A stretch of 64,000 bases of DNA. Source: Mustelus asterias (Eukaryota). A model generated the notes under the pieces. It was not told the origin of the DNA. It ran no database searches and was given only the letters and a program-made list of their open reading frames with translations. A program made the position numbers and the translations under genes. Shown one piece after another: positions 13,140-26,109 of this stretch. How positions within the stretch are numbered: position 1 is the stretch's first letter; each line of letters begins with the position of its first letter. The stretch lies in the NCBI RefSeq assembly GCF_964213995.1, contig NW_027590581.1, forward strand, positions 124,001-188,000, read 5' to 3'.

Positions 13140-15530
13140 CTTATATTCATTGAGCCCCTGCTTCTGTCTGTATTATACTAGGCCGTGCCTCGATCACGTT
13201 ACAGCAGGACCTAGCTCAGCTTTCTCTGCACTCAGCTCGATATATCAGCTATTGATATACAATGCCAAGGCCCTATTTACATGATACTTTCTTAGTTATG
13301 ACTGCATGGAACACAGTCTCGGTTAATTTGGCAAGAGGCTGTGTCTCAATTCTTACTACATCAGAACGGTTATCTGTATATCCGGAACTGGGATCACACC
13401 CTTCTTGCATTACACACTGTTCGGTCACAGTTCTTACTCTAATAGCTCACTAAATTCTAATAAACTGGATTCTCTTTTCATTAATGCTACATCAGCCCAT
13501 ATATTTTTTATTGAACACCATGCTCTGTCTACAATGTTATTGTATTATGTGACTCCTCTAATTGCTGCATTGTCCATATCTCAGTGTGTACCATTCTAGA
13601 TACCATATCAATAATTACAATTAATGCACTCTCTTTGTCTCAGTTTATTTCAGTCTATGTCCTGTATCAATAGTTGATGCTAGGACATTAGGCTCCATCT
13701 CAGTTAATATCACACAAACCTCTGTATCCAGTTAAACTGCACGAGTCACCGTCTCGATCTTTCTTGTCAGAGACGAAGTCATTCACATTTCTCAATGTTT
13801 GTGTCATGGGATGTGGATGTCACTGGAAAGACAAGTGTTTAGCCTTTAACTAGCCCACAAGGCACTTGGCACTACCTTATTTCTATTTTACTGGATTAGG
13901 CCTCTGTTTAGATTAAAATTGACCCTGTCAGTGTTAAACTAATAGCTCATTAAAATCTAATGAACTCGATCCTGACCAAAACATAGTTTAGAACATAGAA
14001 CATTACAGCGCAGTACAGACCCTTCGGCCCTCGATGTTGCGCAGACCTGTGAAACCAATCTAAAGTCCATCTAACCTATACTATTCCAATATCATCCATA
14101 TGTTCATCCAACGACCATTTAAATGCCCTTAATGTTGGTGAGTCCACTACTGTTGCAGGCAGGGCATTCCACCCCCTTACTACTCTCTGAGTAAAGAACC
14201 TACCTCTGATATCTTTCCTATTTCTATCTCCAAGTGTGGATCACCCTTCAATTGAAAGCTCTGTCCCCTCGTGCTAGCCATCACCATCCGAGGAAAAAGG
14301 TTCTCACTGTCCAACCTATCTAATCCTCTGATCATCTTGTGTGCCTCTACTAAGTCACCTCTTAACCTTCTTCTCTCTAACGAAAACAGCCTCAAGTACT
14401 TCAGCCTTTCCTCATAAGACCTTTCCACCATACCAGACAACATCCTGGTAAATCTCCTCTGCACCCTTTCCAATGCTTACACATCCTTCCTATAATGTGG
14501 CGACCAAAACTGTACACAATACTCCAAGTGCGGCCGCACCAGAGTTTTGTACAGCTGCAACATGACCTCATGGCTCCGAAACTCAATCCCTCTACCAATA
14601 AAAGCTAACACACCGTACGCCTCCTTAACAACCCTATCAACCTGGGTGCCAACTTTCAGGGATCTATGCACATGGACACCGAGATCTCTCTGCTCATCCA
14701 CTTTACCAAGTATCTTACCATTAGCCCAGTACTCTGTGTTCCTGTTACTCCTTCCAAAGTGAATCACCTCACACTTTTCCGCATTGAACTCAATTTGCCA
14801 CCTCTCAGCCCAGCTCTACAGCTTATCTGTGTCCCAATGTATGTCCTATGCCCCAACCTATGTCCTATGTTTATATTACACTCGACACGATCCCTGTGTA
14901 TATAATATTTAATCCGAATTTTGTCTGTATTTCATTTGATCAGGACATTGCTATTACTACACTAGACTATGCCTCTGTTTGAATTATGGCTGCATTATTC
15001 CACGGTTTTGAGCAGAGAAGAGATAAATGATACATTATTATGTTGCGATAAAAAATTATCGTATGCAACAAGATGCTGAAGCGGACAATATGGATCAACA
15101 GTGCATGCCAAGCGGGGTATTGTAGTCACCAGAATAAGAATTTAGATTTCTTCTTCTGGTAGAATGCCCAAGGCAAATTTCTACTCCACAGAGTTGTATG
15201 TTGGATGCTGCAGACAATTGTGTTCCGCAGCCACTTTCCACATTATTGGGCATTATAGCTGAGGCCGTCTGCAATGTAATATAAATATGGACATGATCAA
15301 TTGCAGAAGTGAGGCCCAATCTAGTTTGATACAAATAGAGAGAGGTCAAGATAATATAGATGATTCGGGGTCTAGTTTAGTATAAGTAGGGACAGGGAAA
15401 GTGTAATAGAAACGGACACGGTTTCTTGTTTTATACGAACAAGAAAATATATTCTATTCAAGATAAATAGAGACAGGTTCTAGTGTAATATAAGAAGAAG
15501 CAGGGCCTAATTCAATATGAACTGACACAG
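13140..15530. repeat. Degenerate ~27-bp minisatellite (consensus ~aactgagacagggtctagtgtaatata): reverse-oriented 13140-15000 (split by a LINE), forward 15280-15530
   Basis: Forward units such as aatagagacaggttctagtgtaatata; reverse units such as tattactacactagactatgcctctgt. Confidence 0.55.
13990..14830 (-). mobile_element. CR1-type LINE 3' fragment
   Basis: ORFs 14477-14767 and 14180-14473 (LYKTLVRPHLEYCVQFWSP; ERVQRRFTRML; LERRRLRGDL). Confidence 0.9.
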
Positions 15531-17099
15531 TGGCAAATATAAATATTGAAATAACTTGCCACTTGGAGTACTGTGTACAGTTCTGGTCGCCACATTATAG
15601 GAAGGATTTGTAAGCATTGGAAAGGGTGCAGAGGAGATATAGATTGATAAATAAATTCCTTGTGCAATTTTGAGACAGGGCCTACTGTCCCATGAAATAG
15701 TCCCAGGGAGGAGGATCATGGGACTAGGTATAGAACACAAGGCTCTCTCTTCATCGCCACATCAAACACTCTGAAGGGTGGTGCAGCACGGGTTCGATAC
15801 GAAGAGAAATTCTCTGGAAACTGGCAAGCTTTCCCAGAACCGGTAGACTGTTTAAAAACACAGTGAAACTCCCTCTCCAAAGTCCGCTCAAACACAAAGA
15901 AGGCATGCAGATCAGGAGTTCTATGCTAGGAAATGTCTCTTCTGCGCTCTTCCTTCGAGGTTCTCGAGGTAGGTAGCCATTGGTTGTTCGGCACAGGGTA
16001 AAGAGCCATCTTTGCAGTTCCATCAAACGCACCCAGGCCTCGTACAACAGAGATTGAATTTCCCATTACAAAGTCATATCGAACATTCGCGGGGCAGCTA
16101 CAGTGCAGGTTAGATGCAGGGTAAATATTCCTATGCAATGTCGAATAAAAACCTCCAAGGGGAGGGATAACATGGTTTAGATCAAGGGAAAGTTCCTCCG
16201 GTACTGCCATATCAACTCCTTACCACTAAGAACAGCCCAGGTTAGGGAATGAGGAAAATCTCCACTATAATTCTATCAGATACTCCAAGGTCATTGAACG
16301 CTCAACGTACTTTTTTGAGTCAAACTTCCTCTCGGAATTCCAATCAATTGAATTAGATCATTTTACACGCCTATGGCTCGGGCTGAAAGAATATATTGGG
16401 CAGATGTTGACTTCATGTTGTGGAGTGAAGACAATGATCCATCATGGAGAGACAAGACACAGAGAGATGAAACACAGGAAATCTTCACAAACACACTGGC
16501 CGTGTCATTTTATTCCGAGATTAGAGGGAACATTTCTTAATTCTGAACATAGATATCTAATGATGCGACACAATGTCGAAAAGCAGTCGCTGCTCGAATC
16601 CGTTGATTTATTTACATGTTTGCCTTTATTTCTGTACTGTTGGCGGGGAAATATTTGTTGTATTTTTGTCAGTGAACAATCTTATTTGGGAATTCTACTG
16701 CTGTGTTTATTTACATAAATACATAACTGGCAGCAATGCAAATTGTTTATAGCAGCACAACCAAGTGACAACCAATCGCTTCTTTATTCAACACAATTGC
16801 AGTGTATTTTTTAGCATATCGGCAGTTGGTTCAAAATGAATAGAAATTTCTAGAACATTCGTTAGACCAGATGCTATTTAATTTAAATAAAATATACATT
16901 CCAATTAAGAATTAGTTTTGAAAGCTCTGATGTCACAACAAATAAAGCGTCTGTGAACAGGCTGGTATTCCACAATGTATCAATCTGATTGACGATAATC
17001 GAGATAAACTGAGCAAGTTAAAGCATGTGTGCAGTATCACACTCACATCAAGAGAAGAATAGGAAACCCAGAATGTGTATCATTACAGAGGTACAGTTA

Positions 17100-17418
17100 T
17101 ACTTTCTGCGTCACGGCGACAGGGAAGCGGGTTCGATTCCAGCCTTGGGTGACTGTGCATATTCTCCCCAAGTCCATGTGAGTTTAACCCGGGTGCTCCA
17201 GTTTTTGCCTTCTGCCCAAAGATGTTCAGGTTAGTTGGATTGGCCATGCTAAATTGCCCCTAAGTGTCCAAGGATGTGTAGGATGGGGGGAATAGCGGGT
17301 GCATATGTGGGAATAGAGTAGAGGGTGGGCTTGGTAGGATGCTATGATGGTGAGCCAGTGTAGACTCAATGGGACAAATGGCCTCCTTCTGCGCTGTAGG
17401 GATTCTATGATTCTATGA
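17100..17418 (+). mobile_element. HE1-type SINE, degenerate
   Basis: gggttcgattcc B-box, attggccatgctaaattgcccc, tail gggattctatgattctatg. Confidence 0.8.
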
Positions 17419-18107
17419 TCAGGCAGAGAGGTAGCTGCAATTGCATTAATTCTTGGAGCTTTCAACATATCGAAAGTTGCGTTTTATAATGTTAACATTT
17501 GGAAATAACTTGCATTTTTAAAACGCTTTACCTGACCTTATGTCGTTCCAAAGCATTTATAACTCACTGATGAACCTCTACTGAATTTAGTCACTGTTGA
17601 AATGTTAGAAATCCAGCAGGCAATTTGTGCACAGCAAGCTCCCATACACCGAAATATGATAAATCACCAGTGCATTTGCGATTTTAGTTGAGGACTGGAC
17701 ATTTGTCCAGGATACTCGGAAGGCCCGTCGTATTCATAAGAATGATATCAATGTGAATTTACATCCTTTCATCGACCTGGAATGTGAATCTCTCTCTCTC
17801 TGCTGATGCCCACTAACATGCTGAGCAACATTTCTTGTTGTTTTTGTAGATTTCCGTAATCTGCAGTACTTTGTCCTGTTTTAATTCATTCTCTGGATGT
17901 GAGCATTACTGACAAAATCAGCATTGATTGTCCATCCTAACAAGGCAGTCGTGAACTATTTTTTGTTTGAAAACCTGCCCTCTGGTCGGCTTATTCATTG
18001 TTTGACTTTCTGGAGCAGGTTTGATACAAGTGGATGTCTTTTTCGGCTAAAAGTCATTTTCATCGCTGTGGAAATGGAATCAAATGTAGGACAGATGGGG
18101 TAAACTT

Positions 18108-18600
18108 GGGAATCCTTGATCTTCAGGCTCTTCATTTCCAAAGCCAAGGTTTTGTTTGAAGTGTCTTTGGGCGGATAAAATTAATTAAGGGGAATTTCAC
18201 AGTAGTTTCATTGCAGTGTTACTGTAAGCCTGACTTGTGACTATTCAATAAATAAATATTAAAAACTTATTAATAAATTAATTCGGAATCCCTGGGGGAT
18301 ATGTGTTGGAGGATGATCCAGGACTACCGTGCTGAAGAAGACACTCTAGACCCTTCCCAATAACCTGTCAGACTCAGGCCATCGAATTGCTGCCAACAGT
18401 GAACCCGCCGATTATTTAAATCAGTCTCAGGGAGTTTCCGGGACACCCTGTCGCTGCCTTTGGCTGAGTCAACACGACTCCGTCTGGCAACTGGGATTAT
18501 ATCAAAACCCCGAGGAATAATCCTGGTGAAATGATTACAGTCTCTGAAACATTGCAGACCAACACTGCGACAGTAACGTGAGATCCAGTGTAATCTCTCT
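18108..18600 (-). pseudogene. Immunoglobulin heavy-chain-like V pseudogene (IgM VH / TAILV-type)
   Basis: Minus strand reads VVLTQPKAATGCPGNSLRLI*IIGGFTVGSNSMA*V*QVIGKGLECLL...TYPPGI (18478-18285), then a ~110-bp SINE-fragment insertion, then FR3 KDTSNK/TLALEMKSLKIKDS (18170-18108). YYC and RSS are lost; possible leader remnant at ~18555-18600. Confidence 0.8.
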
Positions 18601-18744
18601 GCTGAACCTAAATGCGAAATTGCATTTGAGCATCTGTTAGTTAAAAAAAAACATTCGAAATTAAGACTCTTTATTTCTGAAGCATTTGACAAATGAATTG
18701 ACATAAACAAGATTAAATTATCTTATCAGGGAAAATACATCAGT

Positions 18745-19065
18745 TGAAACAGTTGGAAGCTTTTTCCCAGGGCAGAAATGACAATTAACAAGGGGGCACA
18801 AGTTCAAGCTAAGGGGGGAAAGGTTCAGTGGAGCTGTGCGGGGGAAGTTTTCTTTCGCAGATAGTGGTGGGGGCCTGGAATGAACTGCCAAGTGATGTGG
18901 TTGAGGCAGACACTTTAGCGATATTGAATACTTATCTGGATTAGACATATGAACATACGGGGAATAGAGGGATACAGGCGGCTGGTCGAGATAGGGCAAC
19001 GCGATCAGCGCAGGGTTGGAGGGCCGAAAGGCCTGTTCTATTGCTGCACTGTTCTTTGTTCTTTG
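18745..19065 (+). mobile_element. CR1-type LINE 3' end
   Basis: ctttttcccagggcagaaatg...ggggcacaagttcaag...gggcctggaatgaactgcc...tgttctttgttcttt tail. Confidence 0.75.
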
Positions 19066-21799
19066 ATTTGCAACAATTCCGTGTCTCTAACACATTACAC
19101 AAACAAAACATAATTTATCAGATAAATTATAGATTCATATGACTAGATGTGCGGATGAAAGAAAGTGATGCTATTTGCAGTGCCGATGACTATCGCTGCA
19201 ATTTGGGATTGGATATAAGAAGAAACTCCTTTTATTATATAATTTTTCTCCTTATATTTCTCGAACAGCCACTTAACCCTGTGGAAATTAGCGGTGAAAT
19301 AAAGCCAGTTGACTTATAATTATATAGTGAGTTGACAGGGAAACATAAAATTGAAATCGACTTTTGACAGAGACGTTAATGAATCGGAACGGACACAGCG
19401 ATCCGTAAAGTTCTCCTTCAGCATCCAAATCATTGCAGCTCATTTAATTGGCCACTGGCTGTCTAACATTCACTGGTATTCGGAACAAAAGATATCAGCG
19501 CTTTGTGGCATATTGCCCAATATCATGCGAATAAGTGTTTTGTCTTCCATTGAATCACGTTCTGAACTTGTCATTTCTCCACTCATTGGCAGCTATGAGA
19601 GCGATGAGAGCAGCTATGAGAGCGATGTTCAAATCACATTGCACTGTAGAACAGTACCCAGTGTTAAACAGGTACAAGAGACGCTGCCATTGAAATGATG
19701 TGCAGAAATCTGAGAATATCCCAGGAATCCCCGCTGTTCAAGGCAGTTTTACGGTTTTAATTTCATTTCTATTCCTTTTTTGCCACCACACTGATCTCAT
19801 TAGGCTGGGGATTTGGGACCACCAACATTTCTCCCTCGCATTTTCATGAAGTTGTTTGCAAAAAGGCTTTAATTGCTTTGACAACGGGCCATCTGGACTC
19901 GAAACATCAGCTCCTTTATCTCCTGACAGATGTTGCCAGACCTACTGAGATTTTCCAGCATTGTCCTTTGGTTTCAGATGCCAGCATCCGCAGTAATTTG
20001 CTTTTATCCAGGCTTTAATTATTGGAATGACATTTACTTGGAAGTTGTACAAATAAAAAATCATCTTGCCAATTTATATTTTCCGATAGTATTTAATCAC
20101 AGAATGAACATGACATTTATTTAAAACATTTGTTTAGATGGTTGAGATGAGAATGAAACATTTATTGTTTAAATGGCTGAATCCTATTTTGTCCATTCAG
20201 ATTCGCGGTAATCTGTTCCACACAGTATTTGGCAGCAATCCAGCCTGCTGCCAAATGCCCAAAGTTGTTTACAGGAAGCATCTTGGGGTGTTGTTCAGTA
20301 AATCAAAGATGTTTTAACTCAGTACTTAAGCCAACTTCAAACTCTTCGGATTTTCAATGAGGACTCTTTCTAAACAAATATAGCCTGCAATGGTACTGCA
20401 GACAATTAAATTTTCCGACGTTGTAAACCTATATGAATTATTCTCATCTCTCAAGAAAGGAAAGTTATCCAGCTTCTCTGACACGATACTGGTACCAAAG
20501 ATGAGCTATCCAACAGATCTGAACATTGCGATGGACAGACAGAAATAAATACAGGCAGACTGTGATAGTTGACTCAGAGGGAGATTACATGTTGCATACA
20601 TAATTATGTATGTTTGTATTTTCTTTCCCTTTCATCTTCCATGGGCTGTGGAAAGTCTTGCAACACCAGCATTTGTTTCCTCTCCCCAATTCCCTTGAAA
20701 TGATTGGTTTTCTAGGCCGTTTCAGAAGGCATTGACGAGTCTGCCACATTTCTGTCAGTCTGGAGAAACATCCTGGTGAGAACAGGTGGCATGGCAGATT
20801 TCCTTAATTGGTGAATCAGAGAGGTTTCCATGATCACCATTCTTATGTATTCCAAATGTATTAATTGAATTCAAATTAAACCAGCTGCCACGGTCAGATT
20901 TAACTCGTGTCCCCATAGCATCAGCCTGGGCGTCTTGCATTAATATTGCACCATCATCTTTCCTAAAATAAACAAATGGTTGTGTTGATGCAGGAATGAA
21001 TGATATTTGGATGCCTGATTATTTTGTTTGAGGAACCAGTGAATGGAATGATGGATGTAACGATCGATGATTTTTGAATTTTGCTGTTCTAGACGCTCAT
21101 ATTTGTGCTTGACTACTTCAGAAATTGATGCAGATTTTGTATTTCATTTGTGTCAGTCGATAACCTTCAGTCCTTCCAGCTTTTCTGGGTGAATTTCACC
21201 CCCGGGCTAACGGGAACAAACGAGCTGAACCTCTTTGAGAGGAGTCTGGAGATATTCCTGCGGCACTCATGTTTATGTATTTCCTCTGCTGATTTTCTTC
21301 ATATCTTCATATCCAAGATAGAAAGAGGGAACATAATTAGGTTGAGGTGGGAGGATTGTAATATTTGGAACATGTGGCCCTTTCATATGCAACAAATCAC
21401 TCAGCTTATCATCAATCATATTGGGGAAGTAACAGGCTAAAAACTTAATAATATGGAACAGGAACATAGCGAAAGTTACTGGACAGATGCAATTTTTCAA
21501 TTGCGTTCCAAAACAATGTAACAAAAAATCGGGATTTTAAGATTCCAAAACTCCACATAGTTTCAGTTATACAGTCGCTTTAAAAAACGGATCGCACGCC
21601 CCAGTTATATATCGTGAGTTTCTGTGTGATGATGAGGTGATCACTTTTCAATGAAGTGCAGAGGCTGCTGGGTAGCTGGTCATTATCCTCGGTCTGAATT
21701 AATTTATTTTCCCATTGAATTCTGGAACAGATTTGATTCACAGAAAGGCCAATGTGGTCCCAATAAGTTTGAATCTCAATTAATTATATCAAAAGGTGC

Positions 21800-22760
21800 A
21801 TGGTCCACTGTTATTTGTTATTTATATTCATGGTTTGGATGAGCATTTATGGGGCATGATTAGTAGGTTTGTCGCTGACACCAAGTATGGTGGCTTAGTG
21901 GACAGTAAAGAAGGTTATCTCGGATTGCAACCGGGTCTTGATCAATTGGGCCAGTGGGCCGATGAATGGCAGGTGGAGTTTCATTTAGAAAAATATGAGG
22001 TGATGCATTTTGGTAGCTCGATTCGGGGCCGGACCTACTCAGTTAATGTTCAGGCGTTGGGGAGAATTATAGAACAAATAGATCTAGGAGTACAGATTTA
22101 TAGCTCCTTGAAAATGGAGTCACAAATAGACAAGGTCGTGCAAAATGCTTGGTGTCATTGGTCAGAACATTAAATACAGGAGTTGGGACCTCTTGTTGAA
22201 GTTGTACAAGACATTAGTAAGGCCACACTTGGAATACAGTGTACAGTTCTGGTCAGCCTATTATAGAAATGATATTATTAAACCAGAAATAGTGCAGTAA
22301 ATGTTTTTACTCGGATGCTACATTGACTTAATGGTTGAATTAGAACGAGAGACTAGATCACCAGCACCCTTTTTCCCCTGGAGCGTCTGAGGCTAAGGGG
22401 TGATCATATAGAGGTCTATAAAATAATGAGGGGCATGGCTAAGGCAGGTAGTCAACGTCATTTCCCAAAGGTAGGGGAGTCTAAAACTAGAGGGCATATG
22501 TTTAAGGTGAGAGGGGAGAAATACAAAAGTGTCCAGAGGGGCAATTCTGGTGACTGTCCGGAACGAGCAGCTAGGGCATTAGTAGAGGCGGGTACAATTT
22601 GATATTTCAAAAAGCATCAAACTTTTGCATGTTTAAGATGAGGAGAGGGATAGGGGCCAAATGCGGGCAATTGGGACCGGCTTCGTGGTAAAATCTGAGC
22701 GCATGGGCAAGTTGTGGCGAAAGGCCTATTTCTATGTTGTAAACCTCGATGACTCTATAA
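21800..22760 (+). mobile_element. CR1-type LINE RT fragment, degenerate
   Basis: GPLLFVIYI..LD....ISRFVADTK (ORF 21796-22173) through the 3' tail. Confidence 0.85.
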
Positions 22761-23589
22761 CTCTAAATGAATTGAAATTATATTTTGTATCAAATAAAAT
22801 GCTGCAAATAATTGGTGAAATTGTTTGTATCATTGTGAATTGGTGATAATTTACAATAATTATTTAATTTTGTGAATTGATAATAATTAGTGAAAATTGC
22901 TTTTTAATCTTTTTGAATTAATAGTACGTTGTGAATATAATTATCTATCTTTGTGAATTGATAATTGTTGGTAATATTCGCCTCAGGCAACGACCATCTC
23001 CAAAAGGAAGAAATCTCCCCATCGCCCCTTGGTACTCAATCATATTGTGATAGCTGAAATACCCACTAAAACCTTCCTCGGCGTTACCATTGGCTAATCA
23101 TTGAATGAACAAGAAATGCAAAGGCTCCGGCTGGAATATCAAATCATCCTGGTGTGAGTAACTCACCCCCTGACTCCCCAAGCCTCTTCGACATCTATAA
23201 GGCTCAAGTCAGTAGTGTAATGGGGTTCACTCCACTTGCTTGAATGTGTGCACCTGAGGCAACATTCAAGAAGCTTTACACAATTCAGGAGAAAGCAGCC
23301 AGCTTGACTGGCACAGAATTTGCAAACATACACGCCCTGTCCCAGAGACGAACAATAGCAGCATTGTGTGCCGTATGCAAGATTCATTTCAAGAACTTGC
23401 CAAGGCTCCTTTGGTTGCACTTTCCAAACACACGACAGTTCCAATCTGGAGGCACAAGCGGAAGAGGACCCTGGGGCACCACCTAGAAATTCCCCTCCAA
23501 GTCATTCATGGATCTGACTTGGAAATATATCGTCCTGATCTGTGGCCTAACTCCATGTACCTGCCCGAGACCCATAATCCTTGCTACCT

Positions 23590-24310
23590 CTGCTCTATAA
23601 ATTATTGCCGATCTCAGATGTAAACCTAACAATTGAACCAGCATCCAGCGCCATTTGCGGAAGAGAAATCCAAATCTCTGCCACTCTGCGTATAGAAGAG
23701 TTCCATAAAGTCGCTCCTGAACGGCTTGGCACTAATTCTCAGAACACGACCCTTTGTTCTAGCGCCTTCAACTGGTGGAAACACTTTATCCTTATTCACC
23801 TTGTCCTTCAATGTAAATATTTTGTGGGCATCTGTCAGAGATCCACTTAACCTTCTGAATGCGGGAGAATAACGGCCTAATTTGTCTCATCTCTCCTCAT
23901 AGCGTTACCCCTGTTATCCAGCTGCCATTCTTGTAAAACCTGCGTTGAACCCCCCCAGAGCGACAACATCCTTCCATATGGTGCCCATGTCTGCTCACAG
24001 TACTCCAAGTGGGGTCTATCGAGGTTTTTTGCAAATCTGCAGCGCAACATCTGTATCCCTAAACTACCGATCTTTTAGGCATGAAAGCCAGCATTCAGTT
24101 GACAAACTGGACTATTTTCGGCAGCTGCTCGTGACATTTTAAGCAGCTATCAACCCCCAAATCTCGTTGGACATCCACTATATTTAACTTTGTGCCTTCT
24201 GAAAATATCTTGATCTTCCTTTTTGATCCGAGATGGCTAAATTCACACTTGTCTTTGTTAAAATCTATTTGCCAAAACTTTGCCCATTCACACAATCTAT
24301 CAAAATCCTT
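23590..24310 (-). mobile_element. CR1-type LINE fragment, degenerate
   Basis: ORFs 24095-24295 (EWAKFWQIDFNKDKC) and 23626-23811 (KVFP.VEGARTKG). Confidence 0.7.
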
Positions 24311-24329
24311 AAACTGTCCTCAACAGTAT

Positions 24330-24745
24330 CGTAAGACGTCTCACAACACCAGGTTAAATTCCAACAGGTTTATTTGGTGGCAAATACGATAAGCTTTCGG
24401 AGCGCTGCCCCTTCATCAGATGGAGTGGATATCTGTTCTCCAACAGTGCACAGAGACACAGAAATCAAGTTACAGAATACTAATTAGAATGCAAATCCCT
24501 ACAGCCAGCCAGGTCTTAAAGGTACAGATAATGTGGGTGGAGGGAACATTAAACACAGGTTAAAGAGATGTGTATTGTCTCCAGACAGAACAGCTAGTAA
24601 GATTCTGCAAGATCAGGGGGAAAGCTGTGGGGGCTACTGATAATGTGACATAAATCCAACATCCCGGTTTAGGCCATCCTCATGTGTGCGGAACTTGGCT
24701 ATCAGTTTCTGCTCAGCGACTCTGCACTGTCGTGTGTCGTGAAGA
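24330..24745 (-). mobile_element. Penelope-like element 3' end
   Basis: EQKLIAKFRTHEDGLNRD plus terminal region with a ctgatga...gaaagct motif. Confidence 0.85.
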
Positions 24746-25282
24746 TGCATTCTAAATACATTAATATCAAAGATCAAACCTGACAGCCATATATTCACAG
24801 TAGCTGCAATTACAGGGTTTGGCACGCAGATGGAATTGAAAGCTTGATGGTTTGAATTACATGAAGCAAGCACAGCCTCAATAAATATAATACTGGGCCC
24901 CGGGTCTGTTCATTTTGAATTGTGCTCCATATGTATTTATGTTAAAATAGGCTCTGCCTCTGATTATATTACACGACACCCTATTTAAATTAATACTGCA
25001 AAAGTACACGTCAATGTTTGCATCAAATAATCACTCTGATCCGATTTTTTACAGCAGGATCGAAATTTTCAGTTTCGCCACATGCCGCCCTAAATGGTGG
25101 TGGACATTTAAACAAATAACCAGAGCAGAAGCCTGAAATAAAAACCCAATTTTTAATGACGCGGAACCCATGAAGTTAATGTAAAAAAGCAAGGATGAAA
25201 CATTTGCTCCCATCTTCAGCCTGAAGTGCTGAGAGGATGATCCATCTTGGCCTGCCCCAGAAGTCCCTAGCATCACATATCA

Positions 25283-25633
25283 TAGAAACCCTACATAGAA
25301 ACCCTACAATGCAGAAGGAGGCCATTCGGCCCATCGAGTCTGCACCGACCACAATCCCACCCAGGCCCTACCCCCATATCCCTACATATTTACCCGCTAA
25401 TCCCTCTAACCTACGCATCTCAGGACTCTAAGGGGCAATTTTTAAGTGCGGCCAACCAACCTAACCCGCACATCTTTGGACTGTGGGAGGAAACCGGAGC
25501 ACCCAGAGGAAACCCACGCAGACACGAGGAGAATGTGCAAACTCCACACAGACAGTGACCCAAGCCGGGAATCGAACCCAGGTTCCTGGAGCTGTGAAGC
25601 AGCAGTGCTAACCACTGTGCTACAGTGCCGCCC
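25283..25633 (-). mobile_element. HE1-type SINE, near full length
   Basis: Complete head-to-tail consensus inserted in an old LINE. Confidence 0.9.
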
Positions 25634-26109
25634 ATATACCAGTCTCCAAGCAGTTCAATTCACGTTACATGATAACATAGCAACATAAAAACAGGAGTAG
25701 GTCAATCAACACCTCGAGCCTTCTCCGCCATTCAATAAGATCCTAGCTGTTCTGCGATCTAACTCCATGCTGAATGCACTGGATGCTGCAAAGATTAGAG
25801 GCACTGACAATATTTCTGCAATTATGACGATTTGTGCACTGGAACTAGCTGCCCCCCAGCCAAACTGTTCAACTACAGCTGCAACACTGTTATATAGCCA
25901 ACAGTGTGAAAAATTGACAGACATGCCCTGTCGCAAAAGGCAGAACAAATCCAACCCAGCCAAATACCGCTGCATGAGCCCCCACTCGATCAACATGATG
26001 GAAAGTGTCAAGAATCATCCAATCAATTAGTTTTCACTCAGCAACAATCTGCTCAATGATCCTCCGTTTTGGTCCCACCAGGAGCATATTGGTTCCAGAA
26101 ATAATTTAA

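Larger units (their letters stand above)
10680..17960 (+). repeat. Segmental duplication copy A (paralogous to 20170-31990)
   Basis: Collinear diverged blocks: 10690-11350~20170-20880, 11540-12060~25190-26110, 12100-13600~27850-29720, 15940-17020~29945-31000, 17430-17960~31010-31990. Confidence 0.8.

Noticed and set aside
15700-16260. ORFs 15926-16210 and 29873-30175 are similar to each other and looked like a duplicated novel protein
   Set aside because: The DNA resembles decayed units of a common shark tandem repeat (tctaacc..gctgtacctg..ctggg.gtgtttgat) inside the segmental duplication; no splice or start context.
18034-18070. CACAGCG downstream of the VH-like pseudogene as its RSS
   Set aside because: Part of a dispersed repeat (ccacagcaatgtggttgactctt family), no good nonamer, and the YYC end of the V is missing.
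20980-21440. Minus-strand peptides IHWFLKQNNQASKY and HVPNITILPP suggesting Ig V/C domains
   Set aside because: No cysteines at Ig spacing, multiple stops, no RSS or splice support.
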